Positions 38,707 through 51,035 of a stretch of DNA of 64,000 bases are shown here, piece by piece. The notes under the pieces are model-generated. The model was given only the letters and a program-made list of their open reading frames with translations. It did not search any database and was not told the origin of the DNA. Origin of the DNA: Amoebophrya sp. A120 (lineage: Eukaryota; Protista; Dinoflagellata); assembly GCA_905178155.1 (NCBI GenBank), contig CAJINV010000007.1, positions 2,895,151 to 2,959,150 of the forward strand, in the 5' to 3' direction. Numbering within the stretch: position 1 is the stretch's first letter; each line of letters begins with the position of its first letter. A program made the position numbers and the translations under genes.

Positions 38707-40043
38707 CTACTCTTCCTCTGCCTCGTCGTCATTCGCGCTCTTGCTGCGCTTGCCCTTCTTTCCCTTACCCTTTCCCTTCTTTCCCTTGCCTTTGCCCTTG
38801 CTTCCCTTCTTGCCCTTACCCTTTCCCTTGCCCTTCTTGGTCTTCTTTCCCTCCTCATCGCCTTCCTCACGAGCCTTACGCGGGCCGCCACGGAGCATCT
38901 GTTGGATTTTGGGATTGGGGATAATGTTTGAGAACAGCAAGGTAACAATCTAAATTTGCCAGGGCTGCGTGTACACCTAGCGCAAATCTTTAGAATGTCT
39001 AACTACGCTCTATCGTGCATCTCTCACAAGCTCTCTACTCTCATCAAGTTCCGCTGTGCCGAGTGGTACTACAACACAAAATTTTCTATGGCTTGAGCTC
39101 GTCGATGTCGGCCCACAACAACAAGAACAACACTTTGCTCGCCTCTTATGGCCTGCGAGTAACTGTCCGACATATACAGCTAATGAATGCTGAGACAACA
39201 AAAACAAAATACCTCTTCCGGGTCGATTTCCTCAACGAGGGACTCGTCAATGGGCTCCTGGTATCCAATGTTCTTCTTGTCCAGTTCCTTTTTGGACAAC
39301 GTAATCTCGATGAAGCTGACGTTACGCGTGTTGGTAACCTGTTTTATGTTTTTGTCGTTTGCATTTCCACCTCCTGTCACAAAAACGAAAACCGCGCGGT
39401 TGGAAAACGGTGCAAAGTGGGCGACTAGGTGCGACCACCAGCAGGGTCATTTAGACTTCAGAGGCACTGCCTACTTTGGTGGTATGTATTCCTCCTCTCG
39501 TGATGCAAACAAAAAACATTCATGTCTGGAAGAAATTATTTACCGGGTCGAGTCCCTCCTCAATCGGTTCCCACTCATCGACCACCTCGACGGAGCCGAG
39601 CTTGGTGATCTGATGAAGCCCCTTAAAGCGGCGCTTCACGACCTCAGCAACGGTAACGGCCGTGGCGAGTGCGGCACCAGTAGCCTTCAGGGTGAATCTG
39701 TGATGTTGTGGAAATAGGATTTTAGTTTTTCATTCGGTCATGTTCTTGTAGTTCTGCTTCTTTGCGGAATCTAAATCGCAAGAACGACTGTTTACCAATG
39801 CGAACAACAGGTCAGATATCTTTAAGTTCAAACCAAACAGAGCAAAAATTAATTCCAAATAGTAGCAACGCCGGAAAAAAAATTCTGTCGTCAGCAAGAA
39901 TTATACTCGTCCATGTTCTTTTCGTTGAAAAGCTTGGACGCGTAGGACACGTAGGTGGCGGTGCGGCCCTTGGCGGTTACCCGGATCTCGTCATCGGCGG
40001 ATTTCTCCTCCTTGACGGGAGCTTTGCGGCGGTACTTTTCCAT
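38707..40043 (-). CDS. Alba-domain (Rpp25/Alba1-like) DNA/RNA-binding protein with a KG-rich tail; 4 exons
   Basis: EIRVTAKG..YVSYA, TLKATGAA..AVTVAEVVKRR..GLHQ, RNVSFIEITLSK..LD...GYQEP; C-terminal KGKGKG repeats. Confidence 0.9.
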
Positions 40044-40608
40044 CTTGACAAAAAAGGGGTAATGTGGTTGTCGCGATCCAAGATTTAAAGACACTTCTTT
40101 TGTCGCAAAAGAACAGCTAAAGGTTCTTTTTGAGAGGCTATGATGACCCTACCGAATTAGTCGCAGAGCTACAGGCCAACGAGATCGTTAACCTGACCAA
40201 ACTCTGGTCCTCCCTGTGGTCGATATGGCAGGTGTAGGAATTCTTTAAAAACAGGCAAAACGTGCACCTAGAATGCTGGTTGATCTTGATCGCATCCGCA
40301 AAAGAACCAAAAATAGCAGGATCGCAAGCATCAGAGCAACAGGCAGAAAGGATGAAATTTAGATTTTCGTGCTAGAGCTTCGAGAACCTGGAGCATGCTC
40401 AGAGGATCTTTGCTTGAAGGAGATCGCACTAGAATTGTATGTAAGTACTCGGTTGAGGCTTCTCGTCTTTCTAAAGGGAGCCGGAACAAAAAAAGTCGAT
40501 CTCCAATGTGTCGCACCAAACTATCGTGCGTCGGAATCTACTAAACACTTTCTCAGATCGTGACTAAGATCGATCAGCAACAAGATCCACACACCGTCGC
40601 GAGCGGGG

Positions 40609-42290
40609 TCAGCACATAGTATTTAGAATCTGCTCGACATACACATGCCTGAGGCATGTGTGTGAGACGTATCGTATTGCTCTGCAAGAACAACGTCGCC
40701 CTGGGTAGCTTTCGCGATAGTCGTGGATCTTGTCCGCGTGGGGATACGCAAATATTTTAGACGTCTGCAATTCTAAATTTCCTGATTCCTCACTTGGTTT
40801 TTCTTTTTTGTCTGACGCTCCAACAGATTGCACTACATCATCCCAAACAAGTTCTCTATCCCGCACAAATTCAGTCAGAACAGGAAAGTGGTCACTCAGT
40901 TGGATATTGGAAAGAATTTCCGCCCTGTCCACCCTCCACCCATCTAGAACCGCAAGACCCGCTTTCTCTTGCAGGACGTTCTTTGTGCCATCCGCTGCAG
41001 TAGCAACCACGGCTGAAACATCCTCGCTCGCCAAGCAGTAGTCGATCCGATACAGTGGGTGTCCGACGTGCGCCGAAAATTTCTGTGCTGCCGGCAGAGT
41101 GGACAGATCTGCTTGGTGGGCATGTTGCACGGATCCTGCCGGGGGGTGTTGGATTTGAGACCTGTGGTACGCCGCGAAGGTGTCCACCAGCTTCGGAAAT
41201 AATGCGTGCTGGCTCCCGCTTTCTTCCCCCGTCGTGCTTTGTTGTTGTTCTTTTAGAACGATGTCCAGGCACCCGGAACTCGGCGCCGCCCAGCCTTTTT
41301 CCGCGTGTCGCTCTTCCAGGGTTCTCCACTCCGCTTCACTGTAGTCCGCCTTGGTGAGCGCATTGAGGTCGCCCACCAAAATAGCGGGAGACTCGTGCGA
41401 AACTAGTTGCTCCCGAACAAATCGCAGCTGCGTTTCCCGTTCCTGCTCTGCGATGTGGTCTAGATGCGTTGCGAAGATCCGGAAAAGATTATTGGAAGTA
41501 GAGAGTGACGTCGCAGGATGCGCAGGGGAATTGGGTTTTTCGGTTGCTGTAGTTTTCTGCTGCTCGGTCTGCAGTTCATGTAGTTCCGGGCTGCTATATT
41601 CTCCGTCCCCCGGCCGTGCTGTCCCCTCTCGTCGTGGTCGACCACGAGCTGTTTCCTCACGAAAAGAAACCCACACTTCCAGCAAGCCGCGCGCAATGCG
41701 GTGCGACTCGTTCTCCTTCGCGATTTCCCCGTTCAGCTTTTTTGTGCCTGCGGGGAAGGAGAAGCAGCTGCCGCCCGGCACGTGGTGCTTCACCACTTTG
41801 GTCACAGCGAAGGTCTCCCGCGCGGTGAGCACCGCGTTCCCGTTATCCCACAGAAAAAAGCTGGCAGGGCATATCTGTAATGCAAACATAAATACACAGA
41901 AAAATCTGTCATGGGCGGCCTCATAGCATGCTGTTTACGATACGCAATTTCTTTGTGTATTTATTCTTGCATTACAAATGTGACCTGCCAGCTTTTTTCT
42001 GTGGGATATCCGTACAGCTCCTTCACGTGGCCCCAGAAGGAAATCTCGTACTGCGTTTTATTCCCCTGCAGGGTGCTCAGCTGGCTGGCCAAGGAGGTCA
42101 AACAGTCCGGGTCCTTGCGCAGATCCACCTCGTTCAAGCATACGATGTCGGGCTTTAGAGGCGCGAGCGCCGACGCGATTTGGGAAACCGTCGAGTCGCC
42201 GGCCGGGGTAAGGAAACGCCGCACATTGTACTGCACAATGCGAAATGCTTGCTGCACTGCCACAGTAGGCGAGGTCCTCAGGGACGACAT
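40609..42290 (-). CDS. Endonuclease/exonuclease/phosphatase (EEP) family protein
   Basis: VQYNV, PDIVCLNEV, YG|NAVL, ATHLDH, LVGDLN, RIDY and SDHFP motifs; 3' end approximate. Confidence 0.88.
41844..42008. mobile_element. Introner family F (165 nt)
   Basis: TATCCCACAGAAAAAAGCTGGCAGG perfect 25-bp TIR; TSD CCCGT/TCCGT; splits the YGNAVL motif. Confidence 0.93.
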
Positions 42291-43425
42291 AATTTTTTTT
42301 TTGTGCTTTACGCTGGCGAACGTGCTGTTTCTAGCAAAGCGACCTCGACTCGGAGACGTTATGTCTCAGCGAAATGGACCGACGTAAACTACCTAGCGCA
42401 GACATGCATCAACAAAAAACATAGAAGTTGCGTCGTACATCTCACGCTTCCGCACTCTCTTTTGGAAACGGCGCGAGATTGCGCAGTCAAGAACATCAAC
42501 CAGGAGTCATCTCGGATTTTTTGCATAGGTCGACTCGAAGGCCACATCATGCGCCAGTACCCCCTCTCCTTTATTCCGTTGAAGCTTTCAAAGAGTGAAA
42601 CTTTTTTAGCAGCTGCGGTTTGTCAAGTGATTCAAGTAAGAGTTCGCAGGAAGAGCGGCGAGAAGATGATGGCGCCACGGAAAATAATCACAAATGCAGG
42701 GATCGTGTGAGACGCAAATTCTGATGCGAAGATCAGAACGTGGTGTCCATGCTCCCTGCAAAAGTACTCAAGTAGCAAAAAGGAGTTCTCGTTGCAGCGA
42801 CACCGCTGATATAGACAATGAAACAATAGAGTGAGAAACCTGAAACTTGCTAACTCAAAATTGTCTTTGGTGGACATTGGCTGAAAATTCAAAGTTGAAT
42901 TTCTACACACGTTGTGGACTGGATGCTTAAATTTTAATTTTGGAACACCTCGGAAACGGAAAGGAAATACTGTCCGTGTCGGAATGATTCTAGGAAACAA
43001 AAACATAGGAAACACGGCGAACAATTTGCACGCAGAAGAAGAAGTGTTAGCTCAAATTAATCAAAACTCCTCTGGAGGTCGTGAGACACAAGAACTAGTG
43101 AATATCAAGCTCAACTACAAGCCGATTCGTTCAAGCCTATACAATCTGCCGATTCGTTGTTTCGTTCATTAAAAAGTCCGAGGGTGTAAACAGAAAAGAG
43201 GTGCCACTGTGGCATTCGGATTCGGTATAAAATCATACAAATGCTGGAATATAGACTGCAAAATGATCTGCAAAATAGTCGATTTCTTCAAGACAAAAGC
43301 ATACAACATCAGCCAACTCGACAATAGGAAACACATCACTCAAATCAAAACAAGTAGTAATCGAATGTCTTTCCAAACCCGCAACGATCCTGCCCCCTTG
43401 CCTCCCTTTCGTCTCCTCGTCCACC

Positions 43426-46400
43426 TCACGCCTTAACGAAGCCGATCCGGTCGCTGTCCCAGTCGAACCAGGTTTCCACCTGCTCAAAGAAGTCTTTGCC
43501 CATGATGAGCATGTCATCCGGAAACCCGGAGAGATCCATCACGTCCAGGTTGCAGTCCGCTCCCAGCACCAAACCCTTGCTGTGCTGCCGGCGGGTGTGG
43601 ACGAAAACGTCGATCGCGTGCTGGAAGGTGGCGGAAAAGCGGAGACTCAGTTGCGACTTGCACGGCACGAGAGACTTCACCATCTGCTGAGTGCTTTCCG
43701 TCATCATCGCCACGGACGAGCCAGAATCCAAAACAACCCGGTACACCCCCGGAATGTCGTGTTTTTCGTTGTTCGCGTCCAGGTAAGAGAGGGCGACATT
43801 CGGAACAGACCAGTACCTGGCGCAGAAAATTTTTCTTGAATTTTTTCGATTCCGCACACGGGCGCGAATAGCTTCCTCGTGTTTATTGTTAAATCCAAAG
43901 TATACGGACGCTGATTTCATTACAAAACAAATTCAAAACGAATTCAAAATGTCAAGGCTTCGTAGCGTGTACACACCCAGATGCACAACACCACATCCCT
44001 GACAAAAAACATTTCCAGCCCATTCAACACCACAGAAGCAAACACCTGTGGGCGGTCGTCCAATGCTCTTGGGGCTCAGAGCGAGGGCAACAGCGAGATG
44101 TCTGCAGGTGCCTCGGCGCGCACGCCTTTGAAGCCCAATTCCTGAAGCCCCAGGGAGTGCAGCCAGAGGCCCTGCTTACGTTGAAACACCGGGAAAAATG
44201 CATGGCCCGCGGCAAAGTGGCGCGTGGCTGCGTCTACACAGTCGCTGCAAAGAGTGCGGATTCGCCTCGCGTTGCGGGCGACCTTCTTCCCGGTTGGAAG
44301 CGCAAGCATGGCCGGCAGGCGTGGGTCCCACACGGCCCTGCCTATCTGAAACCAAACGCGCGAGCTCTCTCGATGCCGCTACCAGATAGGGAGTGGGGTC
44401 ATGGCGTGAGCCTTATGTTGTCGCCAAAACCGCCAAGCTTGGCGGCCACATTCGCAAGCAAGCTCAACACACGAGGCGCATTTCAAAACATGATTCAAAA
44501 TGTAGCACAATTTCAAAACGTATTTCAACTTTCTCGGCAATTTCAAAACGTATTTCAACTTTCTCGGCAATTTCAAAACGTCATTCAAATCTTTCCTCAA
44601 TTTCAAAACGAAATTCAAAACTCGGCTCAAAATCCGTTCAAAATGCGTTCAAACCAATAGCCTCATCGGTGGACGCATTTTAAACGGATTCTGAACGATT
44701 TTTGAACTTCTTTTGAAATCGAGAAGAAAAAGCTCTTTCCTTGAAGCTTGCTCCCGAAGTTCCAAGTACCTGACGAATACCAAAGAGAAGCGGCTCTCGA
44801 TCACTCACAACATGCACAAGGGGCAGTGTCCTAACCCCGACCCGGCGGCGAGTCATGGCGCCAGGCGCCGTCGATATCTTTGCGACTGCTCCCTGAGAGA
44901 GGGCGCGCAGAACGACGCTCCCAATCGTAGTGCGCGGAACCAAAAGCAATCCCGGCAAGGGCGCCGAGCTGCATAGGAGGGCGAGCGCTTCTGCACAGGA
45001 AGCGAGGGCTGCACCGTGCCCCCCCCCCCTTTGCCCGTCGTGTTGCGTCACAGGCATGGGCGCCAGTTATCTTTGCAACAGGTAGAGTGGACGTCGCTCT
45101 GTGCGGCCTGGAGAATTCATGACCACTACACGCGCCAGAGGGCGGGCTGATCCATGACAATGCGCCAATCCCCAAATCAATTACCCCCCGGAGGACATAC
45201 ACATAGGAGGCCGACGCGTTTGCCGTGGACAAACAGCATACCTCCACAGCGGCCCGGTCACCCAAAATAATTCATGTCGCGTAAGTACTGCCTGCGCAGG
45301 GAGCGCCTGCCTCGGAAGAGAAAAACGAAGGACACGATAGACCAATCCAACGCCTAAAAATCTTGAAAACACAAAAAGCGGTGATTTTGAATTCGTTTTG
45401 AATTTGTTTTGAATTAGTTTTAGCGTCGTGCTCTTTAGAGTTAATTTATTGTCGTCGTACACTGCAAGATATTAAGGGGTCTCCAAAACGCACACGATGC
45501 AGTAGAAATCAAAATTCTGTCGTGCTGCAAAGCCAAAGTGCAGGCATCAGTACTAAATTGTATATACCCATCGTGTTCTGCGTTCGGAATCCATTCCATC
45601 TTCGCCGCTTTTTCTGGCCCCATATCACCGAGAAACATCTTCTGCAAATTATGCACTGCAAAAGTTGTGTCGCAGTCGTTCTCTTAGTCATCGCATGACA
45701 ACGACAAAAGCTTATGATTTGCGTCAGCAACGAAAAACTGGATTCATCTAGTACACATAAGGCATTACCCTGCAAAAATTGCAAGAGAACAACGACGCAA
45801 CAACTTCTGCAGGGCCGGAGGATAGACGTTCGGGAGCAGGGAAATTCCGAGCTGGCGGTGCTTCAAATTCCCACTTTCGTACAAGGCTTCGACGAAATTC
45901 GACTTGGAAGGCGCCAGGCCGATGATTCCGTCAAAGGGCATCGATTGAAACACCGGGGATTCTATCAACTGTAAAAATGTCTGGGTCTGGAAACTTGTGA
46001 TGCTGGGTGGCGCATGATTGAAGCGCTTCCAATGGCAGTCAAGCATGGCAAGTTTTTGAGAGGCCTTCTGATGCCTAGCTCGCATGACAAATTGCGTTTT
46101 TGCATGACAAAGAAAGCTTCTCTTTTGCTGCTTATGCAACACAGATTCAGATTTTCCAGGAATGCATGACAGGTTCCACTTTTCCAGACCCAGACACTTT
46201 TACATTTGATAGATTCGCGGTCCGTGAGCCCGATCGGCAGGCGCACGGTCGTGGCCGTGGCGTTGGCGCGTTTCGCGAGACCCACGCAGGACGAAGAACC
46301 ACCTGCAGGTGGAGGAGGAGGGTGCAGTGAAGGTTTTCGAGGTAACAAGCACACATAAACTATGCTTTTCTTTCACATCATGAGAAGAGGAAGACGACTC

Positions 46401-47182
46401 AGACACCACTAGACTATTATTTCGCGTACTGGTGCAACGAATATGAGTATCCCAATAACTTGTTTTAAATTGGCGACGCTGCTTAATACACAATGGCAGA
46501 AGCATTTATGCCTGTGCAACATCCGAGTTGAACAGAAACGTACTCAAAGTAAAACAACATTTATCGACGTGCGCAAAAAAACGCTCTCCTCTTTGTTACC
46601 TTGCAAAAACGAAACTTTCCCCGTCGTCACCGCGCACGTTGTCTCTTCCCGCCGAGATCCCGCCGGACAGGTAACGTTCTCGAAAACTTCATGGTACCAG
46701 ACTTCGCCCGAGGCGTAGCCCGCGGATTTTTGCACTTCGGGAAGGTTGCCAAAAGTGGTGGAGTCTGCGGGATTGAAAAATTTACCATCCTCATCGCACT
46801 CCCGGCATTTCGGACCTGGGACCCAGACCTGTGGTAGGTTATTTTCCTGCGCAATGACAGGAGGAGGGTGCACAGCACTATAACTACCCTACGTACATTA
46901 CATCTCGTGTCCGGCTTTATGCATTTCTCTTAACCTTCGTGCTACAAATACAACATGCGTTCGTTCGCAGACGTAATAAACTAATACCTCTTCCGATCCG
47001 CTGTCGAGCAACATGGGAAAGAACTGCGGAGGCGTTCCCACGCCGATTACGGTGGAGAACTGGTTGCGTCCATTGCGAATAGGAAACTCGAACTCCGCGG
47101 CGAGGGTGAATTTCAGTAGCGCTTGGAGTTGCAGTACAACCACCAGCCAGGCCGCCAGCGGGACGGACCAGCGGAGAATCAT
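43426..47182 (-). CDS. Secreted pepsin-like (A1) aspartic protease; ~6 exons
   Basis: Signal peptide; IGVGTPPQ.F..LLDSGS; FDGIIGLA; GYW; VVLDSGSS; IMGKDFF; FDWDSDRIGF. Confidence 0.88.
43889..45444. mobile_element. ~1.56-kb foldback/TIR element inside a protease intron
   Basis: TIR core CAAAACAAATTCAAAACGAATTCAAAAT (~43923) inverted at ~45384-45411, extending imperfectly outward; flanked by TTTATTG(T) direct repeats (43882, 45445). Confidence 0.75.
44480..44720. repeat. ~10-bp-periodic TTCAAAA array (30-nt higher-order unit) converging on a central hairpin
   Basis: AATTTCAAAACGTATTTCAACTTTCTCGGC x2 plus variants; AATCCGTTCAAAATGCGT (44631) pairs with ACGCATTTTAAACGGATT (to 44690). Confidence 0.85.
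45963..46211. mobile_element. Introner family C (249 nt)
   Basis: TATCAA.TGTAAAA.TGTCTGGGTCTGGAAA TIR; TSD GATTC; removal gives TDRESPVF. Confidence 0.93.
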
Positions 47183-48068
47183 CTTATGGATTTGTGAGGT
47201 TGTTTGTGTTTCCCGAGTAGTAGGTACGTCGAGTTGGCTTCTAACTATCAATCTATCTAACGGGATACACTTCAACTTCGATGCGTTTTGGTTGGAAATA
47301 ACGACAAGTGCTCCTGCAGTTTTTCGGGGAAGAAGTCCGAGGAAACGGCTTTTCGACGTTGATAGCTATTTGTTTCGATTTGGGAGGGAATGACGCGTCG
47401 AAGCCGCGATGTTGAATACCTCCGCCCGGCGAGAGCTGCCTGCTTGTTCCTTGAAGCACTAATCTCGCTCGGGCGTCTTGCGCAGTATTTGTCGGTTGTG
47501 AATAGGATTGCGATTTGTTGTGCGAAAAAACTCGAGGGGAGATCACGACGCGAAAAAAACGAGCTTTTGAGGAAAGAAACGAAAACAAAAATTTGCCTCG
47601 TCGCTCTCGGACTATCAGAACGGCGATGTGCAGCTACGACTACGAGCACTCGGACACTCATATATCCTTTGCACCTCTACTCTCGCGAAACTTAAATTGC
47701 TTTTTCCCGCGCGAAGCGACAATTTGAATGGTAGCAGAAAATCCGACGAAAAAAACGATCAGCGAAAAAAAAAGAGAACCGAATAAAAGCTGTAACTTTT
47801 ATTTTAGGATCTTGCGTAAGAACAGCATCCAGTCTTGCGGACGGCAAAAGCCCGGCCATCAGCCAGCATTGGACCAGCTTGGGCCTGCGGCTGGTGCGCA
47901 TACAAGAATTACAACTTTCAATCACTTTATAGATGTCATACTTTTGGTTCATTTGTATGCAGCGCGACTGCGTCGAAAACAGAATACGTAAACCACTCGA
48001 ACACAACATCACAGCCACGTGAGCATTTGCGTCAACTACACGTGACGTCTTCGTTTTGTTGATCATTT

Positions 48069-50198
48069 TCACTGATATTGTACAAGATTTGTCGCGTTTT
48101 CACCACCATTTTGCCGGACCTCCTCTCGTCCAGTACTACTGCCTCCGTCTCCACCTGCTACCTGGACCCGCCACTCCACGAAATTCCCAAATTCCTTCTG
48201 CAACCACTCTGCCTTCCAGTGCCAGTAGTGCTCTCGTATCGGATCCAGTGTTTTCAAATTCTTGTAGTGCGAGAGAGACCAATTCAGCCCCTGCTGCAGT
48301 CTCAACTCGAGGCTGAGCTGTTGTTGCCCGGTGGGCGAAGCAGGGAGTACTTGCATTTCGCAGCTTTCCGCTTTAGAAGTTGAAGTAGTACTGTGGCCAT
48401 TTATTTTTCCGTTTGTCACCTCTGCGGGTGGTGGTCGCTCATTTTCCTCTACTCCCTGTCGCTTTGTTGATGTTGCTTCTTCTCCTCCACCAACTGCACC
48501 GTTTATCTTCTCTTTCTGCAGCCTTATCGCGTTCCGGGCGAGAACCAGGTACAAGTGCGCCTCGAATTTCAGTGCGAAGAGGTTTGGCGCCAGCCCACCA
48601 GGTCTCGCACTGCTCGCTGGTCCTTCGGATGTTGAATTTGATATCGTGGTCGCTCCCGGGTTACTTTTTTCCACCTCACCGCTACGATTCTTATTCTCGT
48701 TGAAAAAGTCGATGATTTCCTTGGCCAGGAACTTGCCGATCCGCGGCTCTTTGCCATCACCCGGTTCGATCAGATCCGGAAAAGAGACCTCCGTCAGCGC
48801 AGAGAGGTAATTCCAAGCCGCCTCGTTCCTGTCCGCGAGCAGCAGTTGAGACTTTACGAACCGCAACTCCTGCAAAGCTTCCGCTTCTCGGTTTAGAGGA
48901 GGTCGGGCTTCACTTTGTCCGTTCGCCGTCGAGGAAGAGGAGGATGGTGTCGCTTGCCTCGGGCAGCTGGCGAGCATCTGTCAAAAGTTGAGGTCAGTTG
49001 TCTTGTAAAATCTACAATATGGAAACAAGAACATGAAAACGAGCGTCAGTGGAAAAAAACCTTCAATCAGTACTTTCCCCTAAGCAAATGGGACGCACTG
49101 GAGACCTATTGACCCCGGCGAATGGCAAAAAGCGAGTACCTCTCTGATCGTCCAGCGGTGGTTCCACGCCGAGTTATTCCAAACGTCCTGGTCCAGCATT
49201 TCCTCGGAATACTGCAGCTCCATCTGCAACACGTCCCGGTCCTCCCGAAACCAGTTGCGCAAAATCATCAGCCGGTGGCTCCAGACGTTGTAGACCTTGT
49301 GGTCCGAAGTTTTCAATAACAAATACCGCATCAGCTTCAGCTCCTCGAGCAAGGCATTGGTTCGGAGAATGGTCGTCTTTGCGTCTTTTTGCCCGTCTTC
49401 TTGTTCTCCTGTATCTCCTCCGCGTCTCTCATCGGCGCTTGGCCGCGGTAACAAATACAACTTTTCAATCAGCCACTTCCTGTGATACCACACTTGGTAG
49501 TTTTTCGTGGACCGCTCTAGCCACTCGCGGCAAAACTCATGGAGCTCCTGCTCGTAAAGGTTTGGCTCCGCAAGAACAACTTCGTCATTTGCCGCTCCAT
49601 TGTTCGTCTTCCCAGTTCTGCTCTCGCTTTCCTTTTGCAGCTTCTCCAGGCACTTTCTGCGGTACCACCAGGCGGTGTAATTCGCGGCGTTGCACTCGAT
49701 CACCTCCGCGGAGAGGCGCAGGCCCCGGGCGGAGTACTCCTGGTTCGTGTAAAACGCGCGGAAGTACGCGTGGATTTCGGCGAAGATCGGCTCGTATCAA
49801 ATGTAAAAATGTCTGGGTCTGGAAGAATGCAACTTGTGATGCTGCATTTGGATTCGAAAAAAATCTGTATTGCGTGAGTACCAAAGGAAATGCAATTTTT
49901 GCTACGCCGAGAAGGCATTTGTCATGCGGGACACGCACCAAGAAGCCCTCAAAAAATCTGTATTGCTAGGGTATGCATCACAGACATCATGGCTCATGCA
50001 AAACGTGCATGACAAGTGTCAGAATCCAGACCCAGACATTTTTACATTTGATAGTTCGTAGTCGATCACCACGAGAGAATTCTCCGGGTCGTCCTGGGGC
50101 AGGGGCTCAACGTCGGCAAAGCGCCGCGATGGGGGGACGTACTTATTCCGGCTCGGACTAGGAGAAGACCGCGAGCCACTGCTACTGGGGGACGTCAT
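48069..50198 (-). CDS. FNTA: Protein farnesyltransferase/geranylgeranyltransferase type I alpha subunit
   Basis: DVEPLPQDD, NAANYTAWWYRR, KNYQVWYHR, YNVWSHR, DVWNNSAWNHR, NEAAWNYL and LDPIREHYW (PPTA repeats). Confidence 0.9.
49795..50053. mobile_element. Introner family C (259 nt), opposite orientation to the 24467 copy
   Basis: Perfect TIR TATCAAATGTAAAAATGTCTGGGTCTGGA; TSD GCTCG/GTTCG; removal gives IDYEPIF. Confidence 0.93.
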
Positions 50199-51035
50199 TA
50201 TTCTTGGACAGGGCTGAAAAATTGGGGAGATTTTTAAGGTGAACGTGAATAGGGATGCTTAGGGATTGCTTATAAAATACCTCACACACCACATGCCGGG
50301 TTTCACTCCTTTTTGTTTTTCGCGATTATGACGCAGACTATAATGCCGCTGCGGATGAAATGAATCGCGCTGTGACTCCGACAAATTCCGCTTCCCCACA
50401 TACTGAAGAAGTAAGAATGGAATCAGAAAGACTCAAATATAAGCATGAGTAAATAGGTTTTGCGTCGTACAATAATGAAATGAAAGTCTCGTGTCATTAA
50501 TCTGAAACCAGTAGGTCAGTGATCGGCGGCAGCAAAGACCACGGACAGAGATCTCAAACGATTATATGCCAGCATGCGCCACAAATGGCGTCCATGATTT
50601 CATTTTACTGAAGACGCAATTCCAATTTATATATTACAATTACTTCATCGAAAGTACAGATCGGTGGCGTGAAAATGAAGGGAACCTTTTCTCCTGCAGT
50701 AACAAGTGCTCTTGAGAAGGATGATCAGCTGAACCCGTGGAACACGTGCGGAACAAAGCAAGCTTCCTCATTTCTTTGATAGATTGCTCTTCGTCCTGAT
50801 AGTAAAATCAAAAGCAAAAAAACGCGCACGTCCCATTTCGCGGACACAACACATCGGCATCGACCATCCTCCATACAAAAGTAACGAAGTTGAAAAAATA
50901 AAAAAGAAAAGTGCTGTGTTGTATACGATAAATTTATTCGACTTTCCAATATCTGATTGTGATTTCGCTGACCTGGCCTGTTATTTCGCCAGTTTGGCAT
51001 TTTTTTTTATTCATCACCACTCCGGCGACAATAAT

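Noticed and set aside
40609-42290. EEP protein as a LINE retrotransposon endonuclease or introner-mobilising enzyme
   Set aside because: There is no adjacent reverse transcriptase and it looks like a stand-alone cellular EEP gene; proximity to introners is not evidence
44157-44660. ORF with QFQNVFQLSR repeats
   Set aside because: It is a by-product of the TTCAAAA DNA array inside the foldback element
446-50061. Many short recurring ORFs (e.g. KCKNVWVWK, FQTQTF, PDPDIF, MDVSELKS peptides) that look like a gene family
   Set aside because: They are translations of introner TIRs in various frames, not conserved proteins
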